From the NCBI GenBank assembly GCA_047495785.1, contig JBLDXI010000013.1:3472001-3536000 (forward strand): a stretch of 64,000 nt of DNA, given 5' to 3'. Of the stretch, positions 45,169 through 57,223 are shown piece after piece (the first letter of the stretch is position 1; every line of letters starts with the position of its first letter). A program made the position numbers and the translations under genes. The notes under the pieces are model-generated. The model did not search any database, was not told where the DNA came from, and saw nothing but the letters and a program-made list of their open reading frames with translations. This stretch comes from Lepidodermella squamata (taxonomy: Eukaryota > Animalia > Gastrotricha).

Positions 45169-48100
45169 ATGATTTTCAGATTAAGCAGCCTAGTAGTTAG
45201 GTTGAGCTTCTTGATCGGGCATGTCGACCTCATGCTGGGCTATGATGGCTTCTTTTCGCCGAAAAATTGCGGCAAAGACTATCGGCTGATAGCTGCTGAT
45301 TCTTTCAGGCAAATCAGCAACACTGACATTCGATCATGTGCCGACGCGTGTCATCAAACCGCTTACCAAATGTGCCGATCGTTTTCTTACTACCCGGCTG
45401 GGTCGACGTGCTGGCTGAACTACGGCCATACAAACGAACTGTGGGATGGCTTGGAGTACCAGAAGGGGTGGTTCTACTATCATAAAGCAAGTTAAGGTTT
45501 TTAAGCTCATTTGCAGGTCACCTCCCTAACGTTAGTTCCACTTTTTCATAAAAAAGAAAAACGAGCTAAAACGTTGCATCGTGGGGTCGCTTATAGAGAT
45601 CGCGTGCTCTACAAAAACAACTTTTTAAAAGCGCCGAATGTGACCAGTCTCGTGGCTTATTGGTTAAGCTCGTGACTGGTTGCACAGAGATCCTGGGTTC
45701 GATTCCCAGCCCTGCAACGTGAATTTTCTCAATAGAGAAATGTTACGGCCCCAACCCCAGGTTCACCTGGACAGCACGCGGATCATCACGCAGGCTAAAA
45801 ATAGGGGGGATAATATCGCTGGACCCCCTAACATACCGTGGATGGTTACAGGGGTGCCTGATAAGTCACATTTTTAGTCATTGGTTCCTGCCCCTCCCTG
45901 CGGTCGTAGAAGGAGAAATTGAACCTTAAATATTACAGACAAGAATATATTATGCTTTCTATCAGCTTTTGCAATAATGGATGAAGTGAAAAAGACCGGC
46001 ATCAAGCCTTCTGCATCAGTCGTCGCTATAGCAGATTATCCCAACCTTGGATAATCCTGAGAAAAATGCAAACTTCTCTCTCTGATTCATTCAACTTTCC
46101 CAATGCAACTTTCCCAATGCAAGTTTACTAATGTGTAAAACACGCACCAGGTGTGCACTTGAGGCGCGTGCGTGGAGAATCGCGTGAACATGCGCACGCT
46201 TACACTAGCAAATCATGTGACTACCATCTACACATCGCGCGCCAAATTAATCAAGATCAGGGGGCAGTTAATCTTTCATTCACCTCTACCGATTCTCTCA
46301 AATCCATAACAACTACCAAAACATTTCTATGGTTACGCCCCTGAATGGTGCATCTCTTTTCAAGGCGCATATTTTGGCGTAAATAGTGTACAAAAATTGG
46401 TTCACCTTGAAAAACGAAGCCCGAAAAACTCGTTTTTAACTACCGCACTGCCCGAAAAGTTAGTCAGCCTCGTAAAAAAGTCGGCCGCAAAGACCTACAC
46501 CGCAAACTCAGTTAAATTTACTCCAATTTTTCTGAACCCTCTATTTCAGGTACCGTATTTACTTGAATAAAGGCCGCATTCCGAATAAAGGCCGCACGCG
46601 AATAATCGCCGCAAAATTGTGTTATTTAAAAAAAACAATCGAAATAAAGGCCGCACGCGATTAATCAGCGCAGCTCTAACACGCGCGGCACAGCATCATC
46701 GCGAGAGGTGAAAATGTTTAAATTTTTTTTTCAATTTTCAAATATTTTTTTCGAATGACGCCGAAAATGCGAAAAATGACGCCGAAACCGATCCAAACGA
46801 AGAAAATGAAATCGAAATTGAGTGACAATAATGAAATAGACAAGTTACATTTGAAAAAAAATCGTTTTTTGGCTAAGAGAGGAAAATAAAGGCCGCACGC
46901 GAATAAAGACAGCGCTCGATTAATCGCCGCGTTCTTTTACCTTTTCTGAAAAATTAGGAAAATAATCGCCGCGGCCTTTATTCAAGTAAATACGGTAAAT
47001 CGATTCTGTAGAAAACGCTGGTGATGATAGAAATAAGTCTTCTTTAATGAAAAAGTGGGTAAAAGTGAGGTTCAATACTTTACCGTTATTAACATGCTGA
47101 TAGATAAATTTAAAGCTTAAAGCGATCCTTATTTAAAGTGAGTCTATTTATATCATCATTCTAAATTGCTGAATAAAAACTTTGAAACCGTTTGGGTCAA
47201 TTCCGTTTCACGGATGGTTTTCGGATGAAATAACCGGATAAAAAACATTGATCGGATGAAAAAGTGTTCTCCGTTTTTTTGTGTGCAGGAACCCCATATT
47301 CAATCGAAAGAGAACTGTTTAAAAGTTGTTCTGATATAAAAACCACAAAATTTGCCGAAAGTAGCGATTTGCGACATTTTGCGAACACATGTCGCACATG
47401 TTCCCTTTTTAGTTCGACCTTCAAAGCATTCTTGACAGTTTATTCACATTATTTTGCTGTTCCCCAGGAAGTTTACCAGGAGCCAACGCCATGCAAAGCA
47501 AATACGTATCACGGTTAGCCTGAATATCTCTGTTCATCCCCATTGCTTTGATTTTGATTTAAAAGACTGCAGCACTGTGGTCAGATTAGGTAAAGGACCT
47601 GGAAACTACTCGTTTCAAACTGAAATCGGCAGCAAGGTGTTCAACACTGAATGCACCTATCGAGCATCGGATCCGAATTATTTCTCAAGAGCAGGGTAAA
47701 ATTGACAAAAACATTGTTAAACTGAACCTCTATTATATTGGAAATTTTCTAGAAACCTCATAGGAATCAGTGACCGTGAGCAAAAAAATGATCAATAAAA
47801 TGAAATGAGTGAATTTTTCATTACAGTTGCTATGGTTTTCTTTCGGCGTTCAGGTTGGTTCTCTTGCTGATTTTTTCATGATCTTTTTATGAGCTATCTT
47901 GGTATTTTGTGACAGCTTTTAGGGTGTGTTGTTTTATTCACCCCGAATTTTCGGGTCGCCCACTTCTGAAGCTCACCTTGAAATGAAAATGTGGAGCTGT
48001 GTAGAGAACTTCATTACCCGTAAACCTCTGGTATTTACATCAAAAAATCTGTCATCCTGTGCCTACACCTGAGCTTCCCGAAATTCTGGGGGAATAAAAA

Positions 48101-50042
48101 AACACATCCTTATCGTTTGATAATATCTTTTTTATGGAAAAACCCAGCGGTTCAGGACTACGATTTCAGCACTAAATTATACTACGAATACAAATGGGGT
48201 ATTGATTGAAGACAATTCTATCACCTACTTTTATGAAACATCAATCGATAGGTTTCGCATCTAAGACCAACGCAACCAAATGGATTGGTCTTGAAATCGG
48301 CAGTCAACTTACAACTGGAGGTTTTCACGATTTCGCCTAGCATTCATTAATTCCTAAAAAAAATTTGAAACACAGATTTTGCATTGGTCGTTACAACTGC
48401 GCAAGCGTGGTGTGTGCAGCTGTCATCCAGTGGCGCCCAGGCTCAACTTGTCCTAAAAAGGGAAACATCCGTTGCCAACTGTGCTGTTTTCACCCACCGC
48501 CAGGGTCGTCTGATGCTGGCGACTCGATCGATCTGCGTATGCAAAGATCCAAACAGCAATAATCTCATTCTTTGCGGTTGCAATACGCCAGCAATGGGCA
48601 AGGTTTGAAAGGATTCCACTTATTCCTTGATGGTTTCACGTTTCTTTTTTTAGTATCGGTATGAGAAAAGGGGTGTCATAATGGAGATTTACGACCCTCC
48701 AATAAGCATGGAGCCATTGCGATATTGGACCTACAGCGGGACTTTAACGGCTAACATGCCTGTTCAAGCTCTACCAGCGGCAACACTGTCAGTGACAGGG
48801 TGGTCGAAGATGTTTCGTGAGTCTATTCAAAACGGTTATTGAAGTGCGGTTGCTTCAGCAATTTTCTATTTCCAGAACGTTGGAAAATAGTTTACCAAAT
48901 TTTTGTCGGCTATTATGACAAATACTGTTCGCTGACTTTCAACGGTCCGATGACTTCTGAGGACGAGGGATACAAAATATGCGAGCAGACCTATGGATCG
49001 GTATTAGAAATTCATTCCTTAATCCAGCGGTTCGCAAAGTGACAGAATTTCGAAAGTTCGATTTCGCACGCATGCGCATTGGCGCACGCGAGCTAAATCA
49101 CTCCGATCAGCCACTTTGATAGACGTTACATGGGTCAAGAGACACCAGTTTTTCTGTCATTTTTAGGCTATTTTCAGCCATTTTAAGAGAGCAAATTGCA
49201 AACATTTTTGCTCGCTTCGCTCGCATGGGGTCTCTCCGTTGACTTTACGAAATTAATTCTGTCTGTTGGATTGTCTAGCTTTTGGCTTACATTAGAGTAT
49301 TGTTGAGCATTTTTAGCGTCCCTGAATCTATATTAAAATCTCACAAGGTGCAGAAAATTTCAATCATAAAGTCACAATGTTTTACATTCAAAACCTCGAA
49401 CTCGCTGCCATGTGATTGATTGATTGATTCAATTCATTCACAATTCATTCAGTTATTTTGAGATTGAGCAATTTTTGTTTTGAAACGACTCAATCCACCG
49501 ATATTGACCTATTACATATGAAGATCCACGACAAACTTGGTACCATTCGCGGAAAACCAAGCAATTCTTGAAAAACACTCTGAAAATTAGTTCGTTTTAA
49601 TTGGCTAATTGAGGAGAATACAAGACGCAGGAGTGGCGTACCCAGGAGGTCCTGCGTGCGCCACTCTTGTGCAGCTGGGGAAAGGTATTTTCGAACCACT
49701 GCCTTAATCGTTTAATAATTATCGTCCGTGAAATACCTAGCTGTCGTCCTGGCCGAATACATGCGCTACTGTAAATCCTGGTGATATTTACTTCGATCAT
49801 TACGGCTACGGCACGCGATTCAATATAAGGAATGATCTAGGCGGTGGATGGTGGATCGGAACTAATTTCTTTGACACGTGGCAGTGTTGCTACACATGCT
49901 CGTGAGTGTTTTGCGCATTATTCTTATTCCAATGTTTCAAATCCTCTATGTTTTTTCTAGGCCCAATTATTATTATTACAACACTGAATCTTACGGGAAA
50001 TCTACTCGTGATTCGATGGTTATGCTCTACGCAGCTCCTTAA
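45169..50042 (+). CDS. PAN/Apple + fibrinogen-related domain protein with internal beta-trefoil-like insert, copy 1; 12 exons, GC-AG first intron
   Basis: Exon 1 PAN (CADAC..CRSFSY....TCWLN..W.YY). FReD motifs DCS..G..PGNY, MVFFRR, DFS....EYKWGF, WIGLE..QLT, SEDEGYKI...YG, GGGWW. All exons splice in frame and are conserved in copy 2. Confidence 0.82.
45645..45927 (+). mobile_element. tRNA-derived SINE in intron 1 of copy 1
   Basis: A box TGGCTTATTGG (45653-45663) and B box GGTTCGATTCC (45696-45706), followed by ~220 bp of non-tRNA body; absent from copy 2. Confidence 0.7.
46553..46995. mobile_element. Tc1/mariner(pogo)-type MITE
   Basis: TIR CCGTATTTACTTGAATAAAGGCCGC and its exact inverse; TA TSD; internal AATAAAGGCCGCA repeats. 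Confidence 0.92.
47922..48109. mobile_element. Tourist/Harbinger-like MITE
   Basis: TTA TSD; ends GGGTGTGTT..TTTATTC / GAATAAAAAAACACATCC; absent from the matching intron of copy 2. Confidence 0.85.
49025..49701. mobile_element. hAT-type non-autonomous element
   Basis: TIR CAGCGGTTCG / CGAACCACTG; perfect 8-bp TSD CCTTAATC (49017-49024, 49702-49709). Confidence 0.88.
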
Positions 50043-50967
50043 ATTACGTTCAACAGCGCGCCATCAATGCTTCGAAGTACCCACACACTTCGGATATAAA
50101 TAAAACTTTTATGAAAGTCCGATGTTTTCATGATACATTCGTCCCATAGGGAGAAACTGTTTTGTATTAGGCCCAGGCCTAATTTTAAAATTTTTATTTA
50201 CTTGATTAATTTGATCCCTTCGAATTTCGGCCCCAAAATGAACACGTGAGATTGTACGGCATGTACCAAATCAGTGGCGTCTCGACCCTTTGTAATCGCT
50301 AAACGTCGCGAGGCAAATTGCAAAAATAAATCAGTGTGAATGTTTTTTCTTGCAACGATCTGATAGATGTTACTTACAGAGAGACCTATCGGTTAGACGT
50401 AAAACGTAAAGCTGAGCATGCAAGTGCTGGGGCCTCAAATTTAGGGCGAGCGCACGGTTTGTCGGCCTCGTTTTAGAGGAATGACGACCTCGCGACTTGA
50501 CTATTCCAGGCGCGCGACAGGCAGAGGACGTCACGAGTTACTCTTGAAATCAAGCCGCGCCAGGTGCCATTTACTGTATTTTGAAACAGATACTTGGATC
50601 ACGAGTAAAGGCAGCGAACAAAGGCTCCACGTGGAATTATTTTTTGAACCGCTCATTAAACGTCATTTCTCAAGGTGTGGGGTAGATTAATATAACACTC
50701 ACGAATTCGATGCGCAAATTTTTTCCGAAGAATATTACCCTTAGAAGTTACCGTCGATAGGCTTTTTATTAGTCAGGTCGCGCTACACTATTGTTGTGTG
50801 TGCGCGCGACTGTGACTGTCACGGGACTCTTGCTCCGCGGATTTGTTAAATTGCCACGCGACGAATAAAACGTCGCGCGCGAGTTTGTCGCAGCTGTCGC
50901 ATATTTGTTAATCCAGCTTTAGTAAAGATCATAGACATAATTCAACATCAAATATTGGAAAAAACAA

Positions 50968-51894
50968 GGGAAGGATGAGGCGAAACTGGATTAATAAACA
51001 ATGGTTTTTAATCCGTGTCCAAGCACACAGAAGCGAGAAAAAGACATCGAAAAGTGTGTTTTACGAAAGTGCAAAAAATTGAAATTGAAAAAATCGCTCT
51101 GCATCTTTGCATGCAAAAGTATCGTAGAAGTATGCAAAAGACTCATCACCTGGGCCTCCGATTTTCGATCTGAAAATATATTCTTACTCGTCTCAATGAG
51201 TAGACCACGATAGGCTATTTAGTTTTGAAAATCACTCCAAAACTTTAATTTAAAAAATTGTCAAAGTTTCCGTTATTTTTGAAATATTTTGGCTATGGAA
51301 AACATTCGTTTTTCGTTTGATTTTTTGGCTAAATATGCGAAAAATATCACATGTTCGACCTCTCGCGACAGAGCTCGTGTTGATTTCGAGATATTTGAAT
51401 GAAAAAATTGCCCCGTCGAAATAAAAACTTCATGTTATGTAAATATAATTAATTTTTGACGAATTTTGATTTTGGTGTCTATTGTTTCAATCAATGTAAA
51501 GAGCGTTTTAATTTATTGGTGCCTGAGGTTCCCCATAACGAGAAATAAGCTGCGAAATAAGTAACGCCAAGTGAAACGTGTTTGCAAATACAGTGAATCA
51601 TGCAAAAAAGCTCAAAATTTCTGTTTTATAGGCAAAAATACCATAAAATTTCAAATTTCGCGCCAAATAAACATGTGTCAAGGTCGAATTTTCAAAAAAA
51701 TAGCCTATCGTTATGAAAAAAACGTGTTTAGGCGAACTGGAAATTATGAAGTTGTGGAAATCCGTGTTTCAATAGTTTCCCCTAAAAATCGATAAAAAAA
51801 ATCGATGAAATTTCGGAACACACTTTCGACGTCTTTTTCAAAAAATTTCTAAACACCAGATGGTGCAAAAATAATCCAGTTTCGCCTCCTTCCC
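50968..51894. mobile_element. Non-autonomous TIR element (Harbinger-like ends)
   Basis: GGGAAGGATGAGGCGAAACTGGATTA versus TAATCCAGTTTCGCCTCCTTCCC; TSD not clean. Confidence 0.75.
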
Positions 51895-53120
51895 TTAGTC
51901 GCGTTTTTCAATGTTCATTTCGCTTAATTACTAGTTCTTAAACGAGGGCCATGAAGCTCTGTTGCGTAAGGAGAGTTACACAATCGCTTCGAAATTAACA
52001 ATTTTACGCTACCGATGCGGTGGAAGCGAATTTTGATCAACATTATTTATTTTTTTTCGCAGTAATTCGTAGTTGTGCGTAGCATCGACACCGTTTACTG
52101 CCCATTAAAGGCATGAGCTATTTCGACCATTTTTTATCTAAATTTGACTCTTAAAAAAGGCGCAAGTATTATTATGTGTTATGTAATGTACCGAGGTCAC
52201 GCCGAAAGTGCTGAATTCGCATCCAATTGAAGGGCAAAGGTTGAGGCCTAACGTATGGATGAACGTGTGGTTCCAAACAAGTTTGGTATCGTAATCTTAT
52301 TTTTCGACGTATTCGCCGCTATTTTTTACGGAAATGCGCTGGCGAAATTTAAAGAGAGCGGGAAATTATTTTTGATACCGAATCTTTAATGCTAAGGTTT
52401 CGAACTGCCCACAAATTAATTAGGCCATGAATATCTTATTTTTATATATTTAATTAATCCATTGATAAATAAAAATTAAGAGTCGGCCAAAAGTTAGTCA
52501 GTATTTTCCAAAATTTGCATAGTATGTGAGTCCTTGAATCACCACCATCTCTCGCCCATCGAAATGATTATGCTAAATAAGTAATTTTGAAATTAATTTT
52601 AAGGTAAAAAAATTGGAAAAATTGTGCGGTTCATAACATTTTTGCCCGACCGAAAAATCAACGAGCCCTAGCTTGAATCACCATCGAATGAGACCATCGG
52701 AATTTTTTATGAGCTCAGGATAAAATATAATTTTGAAATGTATTTTAAGGTGGAAATTCTGATTGAATTAACCGGACGCCTCGCGCGTGGTGATTAGGTG
52801 GAAAATGGGAACAATTTAACGGTTAATACCAATATTTAACTCGCCGAAAAATCAAACAGCCATGAAGCGATCTTAACATTTTATTTACCAATTTACCATG
52901 GTTTTATTCAACTGTTATTGCGTAATTATTCAAATGGCGCGAGTCTCTTTTCGGGCTTGAGAAAGGGACGAGACGTCACATGGCACCATTGTTCGAGCCA
53001 CGGAGTTCGCTTCGAGACCCTAATCAAATTTAGGCACCTCGAGAGCCGCCTAAATTGGGTGATTGTGCTCGGACATGATTTCTGTGATCAACGGGAATAT
53101 TTAATCCTTAAACTGTGATT

Positions 53121-55060
53121 AGTGGCTTTTACACTGGCTTTTTTGCCAAACAACTTCAACGCGTTGACGGTTTAAACCTAATTAATAACTCGGCTTGTTG
53201 CGTAATAGCCGTTGCAAACTGCCGTCGTTTACACGCAAGGTTATATCGGTTGCTTAAAACTACGTTTAATAGAACTATAAAATGATTGAAAATGTGTACC
53301 TACATCAGGTATTTTTGATTGCTGCAAAAGTAATACCTAATTTTGATAACCCATAGGTTAAGAAAAATTTACATTATTTTCAAAAAAATTTCGGAGTAGT
53401 TTTGGGAAGCTACCAGAATTTTGAATTTTTGCTAGCACAGAAAAACTTGGCTAAGAAGTACTTTGCACTCCGTGGTGGCCAGTTGGACTGTAAATTTGTC
53501 ACAGCGATTTCCAATTCATATTCCGATAAAATTTCCATCATAAAAATTAGCTAAACCTTTGCAAAGCATAATTTATCCAGAAAATTGCACGGTTATAGTA
53601 CTGCGAGGATTTTGGTGTCATAAAATGCAGAAAATTCAGCAGAGTTAATATCCTATTTTTAGAAGAATTTTCCGCGTCCAGGTAAATTTTATCGCGGCAT
53701 CAAAAGAATGGTGACTCGAGCGGGAATGGTAAATTTCAACACGTTGACGTTAAATCGTGGTAGGACATAAGGGCGCAGACATAAGCGCGCAGACAAAAGG
53801 GCGCCGGACAAAAGGGCGCGAGGGCATAAGGGCGCTAAATCAAGACAAAAGGGCGCCGAGACAAAAGGGCGCCTGGACAAAAGGGCGCAGGACATAAGGG
53901 CGCCAGATAAAATTACCAATTACTTTTAGTAGTAGTTTATTTAAAAATCAATGTTCCGTCCAATACTAAGTATCAGATTGCCTAAAGACACGGGTATTTA
54001 CATTTAACAATTATTTGTGGTACAGGTGGTTATTAATTATTTTGCATGAGTCCTTAATTACTGAGATGACAATGTCAGGTAGGATTGACTGGGGCAGGTT
54101 GAACTTTTTGATGAATTCAGTTCACTTATTTGTCATTTTTTGTTATACTCATTATAGATTTGTTCATGAAAATTGAAAATACCTAGTAACACAGTTATAA
54201 AACTTGATAATAATGCTGCAATCGGAAATTGATGCGATTGTGAGTTTTATAAGATTTTATAAGATTTCCGAAGGCAAAATAAGCAAAATAAGTTATGATA
54301 AAACCCTAAAATCTACGTGATCGAGATTTATTATCATGCAAGAGAAGCAAACCATATTTTCAATCAATGACTGAATAAATTAAATCATTTAGCACAAAGT
54401 CATTCGAATCGAAAATTAATTATCTAGCACATGCCAAATGGCGTCTAAATAAGGGAATGGGTTTTCAAAGTCAAACAGATTATCCTTTAATGGGACTAGG
54501 GCTCTCAGGCGCTCGTCGATCAGCGGTAAATCGACCTGGGGATGAACCTGATTCGCGAAGGGGTTATATTTGCCAACACTCCGCATTTTAAAACAATTAG
54601 TTTCCTCTAAAAGCGTCGCAAAGCCATCGTTTTAAAAAATAATAACTAATAGGCCTTCGTTATACATAAAAATCAGGCGCCCTTTTGTCCCGGCGCCCTT
54701 TTGTCTCAGCGCCCTTTTGTCCCGGCGCCCTTTTGTCTGCGCTCTTCGGTCTTTCGCCCTTTTGTCCGGCGCTCTTTTGCCTTTCGCCCTTATGTCCGGC
54801 GCCCTTATGTCTCTCGCGCTTTTATCCGCGCCCTTATGTCATGGTACCCGTTAAATAGTGTTCACACTGCTATGCAACCTGTTTCAAACTGGTTGACGTT
54901 ATAAACGTGATTTTTAACACGTTAAGCAACCCCATCCGGGTGCCGTTAAAAAAACTTAACTGACCCATGTTTTTTAGGTGTTCACACCATCGGTTGAAAA
55001 CCGGTTGACGTTAATTACCCTGTTTTAAACTGAGTCAAAAAAGCCAGTGTAAAAGCCACT
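53121..55060. mobile_element. Non-autonomous TIR element with ATT TSD, hosting a nested foldback element
   Basis: TIR AGTGGCTTTTACACTGGCTTTTTTG / CAAAAAAGCCAGTGTAAAAGCCACT; ATT on both sides; ends resemble 40913-42000. Confidence 0.85.
53756..54848. mobile_element. Foldback-type element with inverted arrays of ~14-bp repeats
   Basis: About 10 copies of GACA(T/A)AAGGGCGC at 53764-53903 and inverted at 54676-54840; flanking direct repeat CGTTAAAT (53748-53755, 54849-54856). Confidence 0.85.
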
Positions 55061-55309
55061 ATTAAGTCAATTTTTTTGAAAAACGCAACTCTTGGTTTAC
55101 TTGGCCTCCAAGTCTCTGATGAATCAGCTGACCATCTGGCGCCCACGGCGTACACCCTTTTTCACGGGAGTGGGCGATCTCTACTGAATTATATCTATGG
55201 TAAAGATGTATGTTACAGCATCTTTATCAACCCTAATTACTTTCCTTGCACATGGTTCTTATCGTATCCACAAAAAGTTCAGTATATCTACTATCTACCG
55301 ACATGCCCG

Positions 55310-55690
55310 AAGTAAAACATGTTTCGAGGGTTGGGAACGTGCGAACGTCACTCGAAACTTCGAGGCTTCACTCAAGCAGAGGCGTGAGGAAAAGCTACGG
55401 ACTTTTCGCCCTCGGTCTGTGTGAGGTCAGATGGAATGGTAAAGAGTTTGCAAAGGGCTCTGTATTTCTCTATCTATCTTGGGGAGATAGGAATCAGCAT
55501 AATGCTGGCTGCTCTAGCGCTGATCAAATGGGAACCAGTCAACCAGCGCCTGTTAGTGGCAAGATTCCAGGGGCTTCACTGCAAAATCGCAAACCATCCA
55601 GTGCTACAAACCATCATCCAGTGCTCCTAAAAACGAGCATCGGAAGAGGCAAAAGACATCGTCTACGATATGATCCAAGCGCGAGGTAAT
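55310..55690 (+). mobile_element. Degraded RTE-like LINE AP-endonuclease fragment
   Basis: Across frames: GNVRT.LET, YGL.ALGLCEVRWNG, LIKWEPVNQRLLVARF, TIIQC - typical APE-domain motifs, with frameshifts. Confidence 0.75.
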
Positions 55691-55725
55691 CTCATGCCGC
55701 TCCCCGATCACCTAATGGGAAAACA

Positions 55726-55834
55726 ATTAATGGGAAAAAGTTTTACGCGCACACCAATTGTCGGATACGAAGTGCGCGCGCTCTCAACTCGCGCTCAAAA
55801 TGAAATGCGCGCGTAAAACTTTTTCCCATTAATT
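55726..55834. repeat. Short inverted-repeat element (MITE-like)
   Basis: AATTAATGGGAAAAAGTTTTACGCGC ... GCGCGTAAAACTTTTTCCCATTAATT. Confidence 0.7.
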
Positions 55835-55995
55835 TTTCGACGCGAGAACACCATATTCAATCGATAGAGAATTGTCTGACCTATATTTGTATGATATAGA
55901 ACGAGTAAAGAGTCTATATATCTGAACGGAGCCGGCCGAGATTTACGAATCGGAACGAGTCGAAGACGAGTGGAGATGAGTAAATCGAGTACGGC

Positions 55996-56460
55996 GGGTT
56001 GAAAAACTTCCTGCCCTACTTTGGCCAGGTGAAATACCGCGAAAAATACCTGAACAATTTCGACAACGAATGCGAGCCGGCTAATTTTATGGCAATTTCA
56101 ATGCAGTTATTGCGACTTTTCGCGATGGATCAAGCGTTGACTTACGGCACAATCCTCGCAACCTTGATTGCGCAACCCTTCTCGCAGTATTTGATTGAGG
56201 ATTTGATGGAGATAACGCGGCGAGGCATCATTACACCGCCGGTTTTCGGCCGTTTCATGGGTAGGATGTGGCTATCGACGGCTGGGACCATGGGTGGATC
56301 TTGCGAGAATTACCAATCTGCGGCTGTTAGTATTATTGGACAACCTTTCCCGTGTGACGACACGTGGCGGTCTATGCAAGCGGATTTCGGCTGTAAATTT
56401 CCATTTTTCAAATACAAATTTCCTAATTTTGTTTTCATTACAGGTCCAATTCCTAACTAG
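55996..56460 (+). pseudogene. 5'-truncated duplicate of the 43276-44272 gene
   Basis: High identity to 43805-44272 starts abruptly at LKNFLPYF; no signal peptide or Cys-repeat sequence upstream, where TE debris lies instead. Confidence 0.8.
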
Positions 56461-57223
56461 AACTGTTCAACCTAGCTTCCCGATGGATTCGAAAAGCTAC
56501 CAGGAAAATAAAAGGGGCAACATTTCCAAAAAATTAACAATAATTGAGATCAGAAAAAGAATAATAGGAACTTCTTGGAAAATTCAGCAAACAATAAAAC
56601 TCTTAATGTTTTGAATTTCCTTATTTCACTTTCAGCGCCCAGTCAAGATTAAAGTTAATTTTTTTCATGAGATCATGATGTGCTCTGAAGATGACAGGTG
56701 TCTATATAGTTAAAAATCTACAGTTTATTAAGCTCTATTTTGCAATATCTTATTTGGTGGACCTTATTTCTAATCACGTTTGATCTTACAAAAATGAGGG
56801 AAAAATGTGCAGACTTAAACTGCGCAGATAGTACACCAAATTTGTAGCTAGCTTTCTGCAACCAATGTTTTTTGGGTTTTTAAAATCTCCGAAATTGTCA
56901 AACAGCTACCAGCAGTTGAATTCCGTTTGAATAAAAAATTTATCGACTGCAGGTGCCCTAGATGTAGGATAACGGCATGCTAAAAATGCATGCTAAAAAT
57001 AACATTGTTCACACATCTCTTCGATCTTGCTTGCCGTTTCGAAAACATTCAATTCTTTGGTGGAAATGAGACATTGTGTCAAATTAACGATGCGCCTAGG
57101 TGATCGCACGAATAATAATATGAATAAATCAGTCTCGCACCCCGAGCTCATCAGCTGACATGGGTAGCCGCAGGAATAGTTAGTATAAAACCAACTGCGA
57201 TCAGTTCTCGTTCAACAAAAGGA

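Noticed and set aside
45645-45716. Functional tRNA gene
   Set aside because: A and B boxes and a T-arm are present, but there is no convincing acceptor or anticodon stem and no poly-T terminator; better explained as a SINE head.
53764-54840. CRISPR-like repeat array
   Set aside because: Repeats are ~14 bp with 1-3 bp spacers, arranged as inverted arms with a TSD in a eukaryotic genome; no cas genes.
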